NCBI RefSeq assembly: GCF_000018105.1
Contig: NC_009928.1
Location: forward strand, 30,001 to 62,000
Length of the DNA stretch: 32,000 bases
Direction of reading: 5' to 3'
From: Acaryochloris marina MBIC11017
Lineage (GTDB): Bacteria > Cyanobacteriota > Cyanobacteriia > Thermosynechococcales > Thermosynechococcaceae
Each line of letters opens with the position of its first letter. The stretch's first letter is position 1. The notes under the pieces are model-generated. The model was not told the origin of the DNA and did no database searches. It saw only the letters and a program-made list of their open reading frames with translations. A program made the translations under genes and the position numbers. This document shows, in pieces, positions 22,684 through 31,170 of the stretch.

Positions 22684-23505
22684 ATGCCCTCAGCAACTAT
22701 CGACAAGCTCAACCAACTCAAAGTTCAGCTTAAGCAGTGCAACAATGACACTGCTGCTCTACTCCTAAAACGGACGATTGCAAAACTCGAATCTCAACTC
22801 CAGAGAGAGCAGCTTACAACACAGTCTGCCAAAATACCCTCAAAAGAAATACCAAAGGTCTCTCAGGCTATTTTCAAACAACAATCTTTAGTCCAGGATA
22901 AGAAAGTAGTACCTCAACAACAGCAGATTACAAAGAATCTTCAGGCAAAATCCAAGCAGCGAAACCATCGCAAAAAGAGACGGCCTCTGCTCCCTGGCAA
23001 TGGCACACATCGCGCCTGGTGCAGGATTCCAGGAATCATCCGAGTTCAGGAAGTGGAAGGTGAGGGAGAACAGCCAGTATATTTCATAGAACTGGATGGT
23101 CATCAGCTCCCTTTGAGGGTAAAGAAGCGCTTCAGCAAATTGATAGGAGCGTCATTGGATACTCCTTTAATGGTGAAATGCTACCCTCAAATTATTGAAG
23201 GTCAAATTGTTTTCTTGCAGTTTTGTGGTGCTGCTGAACCGACCCCTGAGACCCCTGAAGACTGGGTGATGATCGGTGTGTGGAATTCAGAGAATCAGCG
23301 AGTCTTAGTACAGCGTGATCAAAGATGCGATCAGAGCAGGCGCATCCTTCAACATTCTCCGCTAGTGAAAGAGGCATGTTTGGAGAAACTGGAGGCTGGA
23401 AAGCTTTATCGGTATCAATGTCAGAGAGAGGGAATCACCGTGACGATCGTGGGTGTGGAGGTTGTTGAGGGTGAGGAAGGGAAAATTGTTCAGGAAGCCT
23501 CATAG
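22684..23505 (+). CDS. Hypothetical 273-aa protein (N-terminal coiled coil, Lys/Gln-rich basic linker, C-terminal beta-rich domain)
   Basis: ORF with an ATG at 22684, divergent from ssb across a 125-bp gap. No motif was recognised. Confidence 0.65.
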   Translation: MPSATIDKLNQLKVQLKQCNNDTAALLLKRTIAKLESQLQREQLTTQSAKIPSKEIPKVSQAIFKQQSLVQDKKVVPQQQQITKNLQAKSKQRNHRKKRRPLLPGNGTHRAWCRIPGIIRVQEVEGEGEQPVYFIELDGHQLPLRVKKRFSKLIGASLDTPLMVKCYPQIIEGQIVFLQFCGAAEPTPETPEDWVMIGVWNSENQRVLVQRDQRCDQSRRILQHSPLVKEACLEKLEAGKLYRYQCQREGITVTIVGVEVVEGEEGKIVQEAS

Positions 23506-23556
23506 CTCTGAAAAACCATTGAGCTATGAGATCAGATTCTATTATTCAAATTAGCT

Positions 23557-23802
23557 CTACCAGCGATTACCACCACCTCTGTTCTCATGGGGTCTGGCTT
23601 TATTCACTTTCAGAGTGCGTCCCATCAATTCAGCACCCTCTAGCTCATCGATAGCTTTAGCTTCTTCGGCATCATTACCCATTTCGACAAAGGCGAATCC
23701 ACGCTTGCGTCCTGTTTCTCGATCAGTAGGCATCTTGACCTGTTTGACAGTTCCATATTCAGCAAAAACGGCGTTTAGGTCTTGTTGGACCAGCGGGCGC
23801 AT
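23557..23802 (-). CDS. RRM-type RNA-binding protein (cyanobacterial Rbp family) lacking a recognisable RNP2/beta1 N-terminus
   Basis: RNP1 (RGFAFVEM) and the typical DLNAVFAEYGTVKQVKMPTDRETGRKRGFAFVEM...GRTLKVNKARP core are present. The expected N-terminal M-S-I-Y-V-G-N-L is absent in all three frames upstream. Confidence 0.75.
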   Translation of the reverse strand: MRPLVQQDLNAVFAEYGTVKQVKMPTDRETGRKRGFAFVEMGNDAEEAKAIDELEGAELMGRTLKVNKARPHENRGGGNRW

Positions 23803-24102
23803 TTGAACAGAAAGTAGCGCTTTCGCCTGAAACCCTTTTCCTGCATAACCTCCAGATTGTGATATTGGAATCCGCTAAGAAAGTCATCGATTTTTTGACA
23901 TTCGCCTTTTGAACCCAATCTGGCTTCGACCAGCACAAAGAAACCTGCCTATAAGTCAACGCTCAGTAGACTTCATGGAGTTTATCGTTCTTAATCTGTC
24001 TCCAGTGAAGCCTGTCCACTATCTAATCATCGCAAGAATCGGGTGGCTCATTTGTTCATAGCTTTTGTAAGCTAATGCGAACACATCCTAGAGAAAACTG
24101 GT

Positions 24103-24990
24103 ATGGGTCTACGAAGACTTACCCCGGAAGACGACCCGTCAGACCACTATCAGATGGTCGCAGCAGCAATCGCTTTTATTCGTGAGCATCGCTTTGAGCA
24201 GCCAGCCTTATCTACCGTTGCTCAGCACATCGGACTGAGTGAGTACCACTTTCAAAGGCTATTTACCTATTGGGCAGGTATTAGCCCAAAGCGGTTTCTG
24301 CAATATCTGACGATTGAGCAAGCCAAAGCGACTATTGCTCAAACGGATAGTTTACTTACACTCAGCGAAGATCTAGGTCTTTCAGGCCCTAGCCGTTTAC
24401 ACGATCTGTTCGTTTCTATAGAAGCGATGTCACCTGGCGAATATAAAAATGGTGGCGAAGGACTAGAAATATACAACGGTTCGCACAACACCTTGTTTGG
24501 AACCGTTGTGATCGCCACAACAAAAAGAGGTATCTGCTCACTTCAGTTTCAAGACAAGGCCACGCTGCCTGTAGACGACTTGCTAACCAATACTTGGCCG
24601 AATGCCACGTTGACTGTGGATCAGGAGAAAACACAGGGGTTGTGTGATCGCATCTTTTTACCAGAGATGTCTCAGCCGACTAAGCCCTTGACACTGCTAG
24701 TTAAGGGAACAAACTTTCAAGTCCAAGTCTGGCGAGCGTTGCTTCAAATTCCACTAGGTGGTCTCACAACTTACCAAACAATCGCTGAGATGATCGAGCG
24801 ACCTAAAGCTGCTAGGGCTGTCGGTACTGCCATTGGCAAGAATCCGATTGGCTATCTCATTCCTTGTCATCGTGTTATTCGAGGCTCAGGAGAGATCGGT
24901 GGCTACAGTTGGGGACTAGATCGCAAGCAAGCCATCTTAGGTTGGGAAGCTGCCCAACTCAATCATTCAACCATACAGGAAGGAAGCTAA
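24103..24990 (+). CDS. AraC-type HTH fused to O6-alkylguanine-DNA methyltransferase (Ada-like regulator/repair protein without the N-terminal Zn domain)
   Basis: The AraC HTH is GLSEYHFQRLFTYWAGISPKRFLQYLTIEQAK. The MGMT active site is IPCHRVIRGSGEIGGYSWG. Confidence 0.9.
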   Translation: MGLRRLTPEDDPSDHYQMVAAAIAFIREHRFEQPALSTVAQHIGLSEYHFQRLFTYWAGISPKRFLQYLTIEQAKATIAQTDSLLTLSEDLGLSGPSRLHDLFVSIEAMSPGEYKNGGEGLEIYNGSHNTLFGTVVIATTKRGICSLQFQDKATLPVDDLLTNTWPNATLTVDQEKTQGLCDRIFLPEMSQPTKPLTLLVKGTNFQVQVWRALLQIPLGGLTTYQTIAEMIERPKAARAVGTAIGKNPIGYLIPCHRVIRGSGEIGGYSWGLDRKQAILGWEAAQLNHSTIQEGS

Positions 24991-25871
24991 TGCGGTTATC
25001 GGATGTCCTTGAACTTCTTCTGCTATCTGCGCTATGGGGCGGTTCGTTTTTGTTCATGCGCATAGCGGCACCCGTACTAGGCCCAATCTGGCTAATTGAA
25101 TGCCGTGTGCTGTTCGCAGGACTAGCGCTATTGCCTCTGCTACTTCGCTCTCAGGCATGGTCAATGATTTGTGCGAATCTCAAGTCCTTATTCATCGTTG
25201 GCAGCATCAATTCGGCACTGCCATTTCTTCTTCTAGCGTTTGCCTCGCTTTCTCTACCTGCAGGCTACACCTCTATCGTTAATGCAACAGCACCTTTGTT
25301 CGGCACTTTGATAGCTACCACCTGGCTCCACGAGAAGCTAACGGCGGCTCGGATGGTAGGGCTACTGTCAGGCTTTGCTGGCGTTGTTCTACTGATTGGC
25401 TTACAGCCAATGGAGATAACTCCGGTGGTGATCGGCTCGATTGTTGCTGGGCTACTGGCTGCAATAATGTATGCAATTGCCGCTCCATTTGCTAAACGCC
25501 GTCTGTCAGGAATACCACCTTTAGTGATTGCTACGATGACTCAGCTTAGTGCTGCTGTAGCACTGCTGCCTTTGTTGCCTTTTACCTTACCTGCAGCTAT
25601 GCCTTCAACTACAATTATGCTAGCCGTTCTTGCATTAGCATTTTTCTCTACGTCGCTCGCTTATCTGTTGTACTTCCGTTTAATTCAAAATATCGGAGCA
25701 TCTAAAGCACTGACTGTAACTTACCTAGTTCCAATTTTTGCCGTACTGTGGGGAGCAGTCTTCCTCCGTGAAGCGATTACAGTTGCGATGATCTCAGGAT
25801 GCTGCTTGATTCTGTTGGGAACTGCCATCGCCAATGGTTTGCTATTTTCTGCCTCTCAGCGGAACCTGTAG
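24990..25871 (+). CDS. EamA/DMT-family transporter (10 TM)
   Basis: The start ATG overlaps the upstream stop (TAATG at 24988-24992). MRLSDVLELLLLSALWGGSFLFMRIAAP is a typical EamA N-terminus, and there are two hydrophobic 5-TM halves. The ORF-track N-terminal extension (24864) lies inside the upstream gene. Confidence 0.85.
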   Translation: MRLSDVLELLLLSALWGGSFLFMRIAAPVLGPIWLIECRVLFAGLALLPLLLRSQAWSMICANLKSLFIVGSINSALPFLLLAFASLSLPAGYTSIVNATAPLFGTLIATTWLHEKLTAARMVGLLSGFAGVVLLIGLQPMEITPVVIGSIVAGLLAAIMYAIAAPFAKRRLSGIPPLVIATMTQLSAAVALLPLLPFTLPAAMPSTTIMLAVLALAFFSTSLAYLLYFRLIQNIGASKALTVTYLVPIFAVLWGAVFLREAITVAMISGCCLILLGTAIANGLLFSASQRNL

Positions 25872-25982
25872 GTATGAAGAACATACCTCAGAGTCAAGTA
25901 GTCAGATAGGGGGCCGACAATGATCCGTGCAATTGACGCTATAGGGCTGAAAGCCTTGCCCAACAGTTGCTTGAAGCCACAC

Positions 25983-26918
25983 TTATGATACAGCTATGCG
26001 TTCTGCTAAAGAGCACATTGTAGACAAATGGCTTTTCTCGCTTTTCATAAATTCCACGAAGGCTCGAATTCTAGGAGAGACAAAATTGCGATCGAGATAA
26101 CAAATCCAAACAGGAGTCTCTGGGGGCTGATAGGAATTTAACACTTCCACCAGTTGTCCTCTCGATACAGCTTCCTTTGCTAAAAAGGAGGGCATCTGGC
26201 TCAGCCCTAGGCTAGAGATTGAACTTCTCACGACCGCATCCGCATTATCAAACACAAGGGGGCCACTCACCGTATAAGACTCTACTGCTCCATCAATCTC
26301 AAGCACCCAAGGAAAGAATCGGCCTGTATCGGGATTACGAAAATTAAGACAAGAGTGTCTTTGTAACTGTTCTGGATGTTGGGGCTCTCCGTGCTCTGCG
26401 AGGTAGTGTGGCGAAGCACATACCACCAGTCGATAAGTAACTAATCGACTCGCAATCAAATTAGCACTATCAGCCAGTTGTCCGGTGCGAATCACAATAT
26501 CAATACCCTGGGCAGCGAGATCTATAGCGTGATCATCTATGGAAATATTTAAAGTAATTTCGGGATAGGACTGCATGAAAGACTGTAATAGAGGGACTAA
26601 ACACAGACGCCCAAACGCTGCTGGAGCACTAATCGTCAATTGTCCCCTAGGCGTTGCTCGACTGCCTTGAACCTCAGCAGTGAGGGCATCAAATTCGAGC
26701 AATAGTTGCTGACAGCCTTCATAAAATTGTTTGCCATCGGGGGTAAGGCTAACACTACGAGTGGTGCGATGAAATAGCTTTACACCCAAATCAGCTTCGA
26801 GCCGAGCCACGGCCTTGCTCACGGCTGACGTCGATAGACCCAAAATATTTGAGGCTCTGGCAAAGCTCTCCACTTCAGCAACACGGACAAAAGTCTTTAT
26901 GTTGGACAGGCTCTTCAT
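25983..26918 (-). CDS. LysR-family transcriptional regulator
   Basis: The N-terminal wHTH is FARASNILGLSTSAVSKAVARLEADLGVKLFHRTTRSVSLTPDG, followed by a C-terminal substrate-binding domain of the expected length (311 aa). It is divergent from the next gene. Confidence 0.9.
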   Translation of the reverse strand: MKSLSNIKTFVRVAEVESFARASNILGLSTSAVSKAVARLEADLGVKLFHRTTRSVSLTPDGKQFYEGCQQLLLEFDALTAEVQGSRATPRGQLTISAPAAFGRLCLVPLLQSFMQSYPEITLNISIDDHAIDLAAQGIDIVIRTGQLADSANLIASRLVTYRLVVCASPHYLAEHGEPQHPEQLQRHSCLNFRNPDTGRFFPWVLEIDGAVESYTVSGPLVFDNADAVVRSSISSLGLSQMPSFLAKEAVSRGQLVEVLNSYQPPETPVWICYLDRNFVSPRIRAFVEFMKSEKSHLSTMCSLAERIAVS

Positions 26919-26975
26919 AGTTTATTAGTGAGAAAAAGTGGATAAAGAAGTGATATTAAACCCCTTCTCAAAGGA

Positions 26976-26999
26976 TTGTAATCCAAATATCTTGTAATC
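26976..26999. repeat. 8-bp direct repeat TTGTAATC (26976-26983 and 26992-26999) in the LysR-divergent intergenic region; possible operator
   Basis: The repeat was read directly. An operator role is inferred only from its position between the LysR gene and its divergent target. Confidence 0.4.
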
Positions 27000-27057
27000 A
27001 AGCCAGCAACGCGCCGTTGTCTCTGAACAAAACAATCATTCAATGGAGAACTGAACC

Positions 27058-27591
27058 ATGAAGTACACCACCAACAAAACAGAAGCCTCAAATACGGAAA
27101 CTCTGAGCAGTGATGAACTCAAAGCAGCCCTTGCTGAATCCGAGCGGATTGGGCGACAAATCTACACAGGCTTCAACGAGCGCAAACTGGACCTATGGGA
27201 TGATGTTATAGCATCTGATGTCCAACTCCGCAGTACAGTAGGCGATCAGCCCCAATACGGTCTAGAAGCACTCAAAAACTGGACTGCAGAATTCCATAAA
27301 GCGTTTCAACCGCGTCTCGATTTGGTCGATGAAATCTATGGTGTGAATCGCGCTACGATTGCCGTCAATTTGATCTGGCAGCATGTGGATGAATTCTTTG
27401 GACTTGCTCCCACTGGTCGTAAAGGCACTTCTATTGAGTACTTCATCTTGACTCACGCAGAGGGTAAAGTGACGCACTACTGGGTCGCCGATCATAGCTT
27501 AGACCTCGCCTCTTATCTTACTCATGAGCGCGGTTTGCACTATCCCCAGAACTTTGAGCCAGAGCCGATCATTCGCGGAATTGACTTTTAA
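27058..27591 (+). CDS. SnoaL-like (NTF2-fold) ester/polyketide cyclase-family protein
   Basis: GLAPTGRKGTSIEYFILTHAEGKVTHYWVADHSLDL matches the G..PTGK.........I....GKI.E.W...D pattern of SnoaL-type cyclase-like proteins. A GGAGAA SD lies upstream. Confidence 0.75.
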   Translation: MKYTTNKTEASNTETLSSDELKAALAESERIGRQIYTGFNERKLDLWDDVIASDVQLRSTVGDQPQYGLEALKNWTAEFHKAFQPRLDLVDEIYGVNRATIAVNLIWQHVDEFFGLAPTGRKGTSIEYFILTHAEGKVTHYWVADHSLDLASYLTHERGLHYPQNFEPEPIIRGIDF

Positions 27592-27674
27592 CTGCACACC
27601 GAAAATTAGCAAAAACGTGGTGGCTTTGCCCACATCCAAAATTCATATTCACTTCAATCAAGCGGAGAAGTCCT

Positions 27675-28619
27675 ATGCAACGCATCATCATGAACTCAGA
27701 TCAAGAAGGCGGTCTTTCTTTTGTCGAAACCGATTCCCTCCAACCTTTACCGCACCAAAGTCTGATTAAGGTCACGGCCTTTTCTCTCAACCGTGGTGAG
27801 ATCAATATTGCTCAATCTCCAACAAGCGGGGGTAGAAGCATTGGCTGGGATTTCGTCGGCGTTATTGAGAACTCAGCGGCTGATGGCACCGGGCTAAAGA
27901 AGGGCACACGGGTCGTCGGCTGGCGACCGGAAATGGATGCATTTGCTGAATATGTAATTGGAGAACACCAGTTCATTGCTCCTATTCCCGATGCTGTTTC
28001 CGACGTCCAGGCTGCAACTTTGCCAGTTGCGGGCTTAACTGCCCTCGCAGCAGTGGATCAGGGAAATCGCCTAGTGGGCAATTCAGCTCTCGTTACTGGA
28101 GTCACAGGTGGTGTTGGCTACTTTGCTCTACAACTCGCTAAGCTAAGTGGTGCAAGAACGGTAGCTCAGGTTCGTCGATCCGAGCAAGCAACGTTCGCTA
28201 GCAATATTGGTGCAGATGCAGTGGTCGTAACAGAAGATGGGTCAGGGCTAGAGGGAGAAGGACCTTATCATCTGGTTGTGGACGGCGTTGGCGGTCAACT
28301 ATTTAGCTCATTGCTGAGCGTCACAGCAAAGGGAGGCACTCTAGTATCCTATGGTTCCTCTGAGAGTCATGAATCGACTGTTAATCTCTATCCTGCGCTT
28401 TTTGGTAACGGGGGACAACGTCGAATCTATGGTCTAACGCTCTACAGCGAAATTGAAAAGGAACCCTCGTCTGCAGCTTTGACGCGGCTTCTGAATCTGG
28501 TTGAGCGAGATCTATTGAAATTGCCTGAAACTATAACTTCAGATTGGTCAGAAACCCCTCATCTTGCCGAAGACCTATTGGCGCGTAAGTTCACTGGCAA
28601 AGCTGTATTAACCCTCTGA
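27675..28619 (+). CDS. MDR-superfamily NAD(P)H:quinone oxidoreductase / zinc-independent alcohol dehydrogenase-like protein
   Basis: 314 aa with a GroES-like N-terminus and a Rossmann motif (VTGVTGGVGYFALQLAKLSGARTVA). A GGAGAA SD lies 5 nt upstream. Confidence 0.85.
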   Translation: MQRIIMNSDQEGGLSFVETDSLQPLPHQSLIKVTAFSLNRGEINIAQSPTSGGRSIGWDFVGVIENSAADGTGLKKGTRVVGWRPEMDAFAEYVIGEHQFIAPIPDAVSDVQAATLPVAGLTALAAVDQGNRLVGNSALVTGVTGGVGYFALQLAKLSGARTVAQVRRSEQATFASNIGADAVVVTEDGSGLEGEGPYHLVVDGVGGQLFSSLLSVTAKGGTLVSYGSSESHESTVNLYPALFGNGGQRRIYGLTLYSEIEKEPSSAALTRLLNLVERDLLKLPETITSDWSETPHLAEDLLARKFTGKAVLTL

Positions 28620-28752
28620 ACGACTGACTTTTCCTGTAGGAAATGCAGTAGTTGAAGCATGTCTGATAAGTTGAAATCTTTATTCTCTGGTTGGCTGTCA
28701 AACCTTTGCTTCCGACATAAAACTTGCAATAAATGTGTCAACAAAGCTCAAG

Positions 28753-29661
28753 TTATTGAAGGTTACTATCCGAATTTTTGAAGTCTACGATAGCCAAATC
28801 TACAAATGCTCTCACCTTCGGTGTCATATAACGACTGGAGGTGAATAATGCTGACACCGATACAGGTACTCTCTCCCAATCCTCTAGCACCCGAGTCAAT
28901 CGTTTTTGAGCAAGCTGCGGTGCAGCATGGAAATGGGGTAGCAATGCAATACCCAGTCCATCTGCTGCGAGTTCCCTGGCTGCCAAATTATTGTTAATCA
29001 CACACAACGCTTCTAACGTTACATCTTCTCGCTCTTTTCCCCGAACCATTGGCCACACTGGCTTTCCTCGTGGCGCAAACATGATCAATGAATGCTGGGC
29101 CAAAGCTTTCAATGACTTAGGCTCTCCTCTGGTATGCGCATAGGCTGGACTGGCATAGAGACCATAACGAATTTCACCCAGGGGACGAACGGATAGCTCT
29201 GAATCCACTAAAGGGCCGACCCGAATTGCAACATCAATGCCTTCATGAATTACATCCACAATGCGATCAGAAAAATCTGCTTCCACGCGCACTTCAGGGT
29301 AGCGCTTGAGATATTCAGCAATCCAATAATTGACTCGCATAGGCCCAAACTCTGCGCCTGCCGTGACGCGCAAGACACCGCGAGGTTCACCTTGGGCATG
29401 GGCAATGCTGGCTTCGGTTTCTTCCAGAGCAGCCAAAATGCCACAGGCCCGCTCGTAGAAGTCACGACCAATTTCAGTAATGTTCAAGCGCCGCGTCGAT
29501 CGCTTCAGCAACTGTACGCCTAAGCGTTTTTCCAAACGGCTGACAACCCGACTGACATGTGCCTTGTCTTTATTCAAAACCCCTCCCGCTGCTGTGAAGC
29601 TCCCGGCATCGACAACGGCTCGAAATATTTCTAGGGATTCCAAATCAATTGTTGACTTCAT
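28753..29661 (-). CDS. LysR-family transcriptional regulator
   Basis: The start is taken at the internal ATG 29659-29661 (MKSTIDLESLEIFRAVVDAGSFTAAG..., wHTH AHVSRVVSRLEKRLGVQLLKRSTRRLNITEIG). The ORF-track extension of 51 aa is not LysR-like. Confidence 0.9.
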   Translation of the reverse strand: MKSTIDLESLEIFRAVVDAGSFTAAGGVLNKDKAHVSRVVSRLEKRLGVQLLKRSTRRLNITEIGRDFYERACGILAALEETEASIAHAQGEPRGVLRVTAGAEFGPMRVNYWIAEYLKRYPEVRVEADFSDRIVDVIHEGIDVAIRVGPLVDSELSVRPLGEIRYGLYASPAYAHTRGEPKSLKALAQHSLIMFAPRGKPVWPMVRGKEREDVTLEALCVINNNLAARELAADGLGIALLPHFHAAPQLAQKRLTRVLEDWERVPVSVSALFTSSRYMTPKVRAFVDLAIVDFKNSDSNLQ

Positions 29662-29945
29662 AATCAACAGTCTATTGAGATTTTCAGTATTTATCAATCC
29701 AGGCGAACTCGATACAGTCAAAACAGGTTTGAAACATACCTTTGAACTTTTGAAATTTGTCCTAATGAGGTCATCATGAGTGGTCAAAAACAAACACTTC
29801 AGCAAACACTTCAAGCCAAGCTAGACGAGCCTAATCAGCCGTTTGCTCTACTAACCAAGCTACGAGTTAGAGACAAGGCTGCGGGTGATCGCCTCGAACA
29901 AGCCATATCTAAACCCTGCCATTGCGTTAGGAAGGAGAGCAACTC

Positions 29946-30371
29946 ATGGAACAGACTAATGTTGAGACTGTACAAAAGTTTTTTGAAGCCCACTACGCAG
30001 GCGATTTTGACCGCGCTTTTCAAGCCTATGCCCAGCCTAACTTCCAATGGATTGTCTCCAGCAGTAGTAACGAGAGCTTAAGAGCAGCCATTCCCTGGGC
30101 AGGTTACACCCACCAGGGTAAAGAAGGCTACATCCGTCTCGTGACGTTACTATTCTCGGAATTTGAAGTACTGACATTTGAACCGAGTCGCTACACCGAT
30201 GCAGGCGATCGCGTTTTCGTCGAGGGCCATTTCACCTTCCGCCATCGTCAGACAGGCAAGATAGCCGACAGCGACTGGCTCGCTCGCTTCGATATGGAAG
30301 ACGGTCGGATCACAGGCGGTCAATTTTACGAAAACACAGTAGGCGTAGCTGAGGCGCGCCGAGCAGCGTAG
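29946..30371 (+). CDS. NTF2-like (SnoaL_2 / ketosteroid isomerase-like) protein
   Basis: 141 aa. The N-terminus NVETVQKFFEAHYAGDFDRAFQAY... and the motif GDRVFVEGHFTFRH..TGK are typical of this fold. A strong SD (AGGAAGGAGAG) lies upstream. Confidence 0.7.
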   Translation: MEQTNVETVQKFFEAHYAGDFDRAFQAYAQPNFQWIVSSSSNESLRAAIPWAGYTHQGKEGYIRLVTLLFSEFEVLTFEPSRYTDAGDRVFVEGHFTFRHRQTGKIADSDWLARFDMEDGRITGGQFYENTVGVAEARRAA

Positions 30372-30416
30372 CCCATTCAAACCACCCGAGCACAAATTTA
30401 CTTTTCAAGGAGAATC

Positions 30417-31085
30417 ATGATGAAAATTGGCATTATCAATGCAGGCAATATTGGTCGCACCCTTGCAAAGTCCTGGCATGAGGCAGGACACCAACTCAAG
30501 TTGGCTAAAGCTGGTGACCAGACCAAGCTAGAGCATTTTCTTGAAACGATTGGAGGCGTAAAAGGCACGGCAAGAGAAGCTGCGGAGTTTGGCGATGTGG
30601 CCCTATTCTCGGTGTACTGGCCTAACTTGGACGCAACCTTGGCTGAAGTGGGTGACCTGGCAGACAAGATTATCATCGATACGATGAATCCACTCAACGT
30701 CACCGAACAGTTTGAACACTATCACGATCTGGAATTCATGCAGTCCAACTCAACGTCCGAAGAGTTGCAAAAACGCCTACCCAAAGCTCGTGTGGTCAAG
30801 GCTTTTAGCACAATGCCATCGACTGTACTGGATGCCAACGAGTGGGCCAACAACCCAGTTAAGCCTGCTGTATTTGTCGCAGGCGATGACGAGCAAGCCA
30901 AGGAAGTCGTGATGCAATTGGCTCGCGATGCGGGGTTCGAGCCCTTTGATGCTGGGGCACTCGCCACCAGCCGTAATATTGAGCAGGTGGGCATCTTGCT
31001 GCACCACATTGGCACCCATCAGTTTGGCGGCGACTATGGACGGTTAGCTCCCACAATTTTGCAAGCGCGTGAACTTGCCGCTTAA
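30417..31085 (+). CDS. NADP oxidoreductase, coenzyme F420-dependent family (NADPH-dependent reductase, P5CR-like Rossmann fold)
   Basis: The dinucleotide-binding N-terminus is MKIGIINAGNIGRTLAKSW. The length is 222 aa, and the SD context is AAGGAGAATCATG. Confidence 0.8.
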   Translation: MMKIGIINAGNIGRTLAKSWHEAGHQLKLAKAGDQTKLEHFLETIGGVKGTAREAAEFGDVALFSVYWPNLDATLAEVGDLADKIIIDTMNPLNVTEQFEHYHDLEFMQSNSTSEELQKRLPKARVVKAFSTMPSTVLDANEWANNPVKPAVFVAGDDEQAKEVVMQLARDAGFEPFDAGALATSRNIEQVGILLHHIGTHQFGGDYGRLAPTILQARELAA

Positions 31086-31170
31086 TCGAAACTGTTGAGG
31101 TCACTAATATGTGGCCTCACCTCCCTTTTAAGCAGCTCATTCCAACAGAAAATTTTCAGGAGATTTTGCC

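Larger units (their letters stand above)
1..23505. mobile_element. Conjugative plasmid / ICE-type backbone (T4SS operon, giant primase-helicase-like Rep, ParB-like genes, SSB). True boundaries are not visible: the left end runs off the window, and the right limit is only where backbone-type genes stop.
   Basis: Co-occurrence of a VirB4-type ATPase operon, a Toprim/P-loop Rep-like protein, ParB/Srx genes and an SSB. No att-like direct repeats or integrase were seen, so plasmid versus ICE is unresolved. Confidence 0.55.

Noticed and set aside
22559-22696. 46-codon N-terminal extension of the SSB ORF
   Set aside because: The extension overlaps the start of the divergent 273-aa gene and is not SSB-like. 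The canonical SSB N-terminus (MNTC..G) begins at the internal ATG 22558.
24864-24989. N-terminal extension of the EamA transporter ORF
   Set aside because: It lies inside the Ada-like gene in another frame. The TAATG-coupled ATG at 24990 gives a typical EamA N-terminus.
29645-29668. TTGA-N8-TCAA palindrome as a LysR box
   Set aside because: It overlaps the LysR start codon itself and is short. It cannot be distinguished from chance without binding data.
29662-29814. 51-codon extension of the second LysR ORF, and the plus-strand ORF 29776-30081
   Set aside because: LysR proteins start a few residues before the wHTH, so the extension is not LysR-like. The plus ORF has no SD and is superseded by the SD-preceded NTF2-like gene at 29946.
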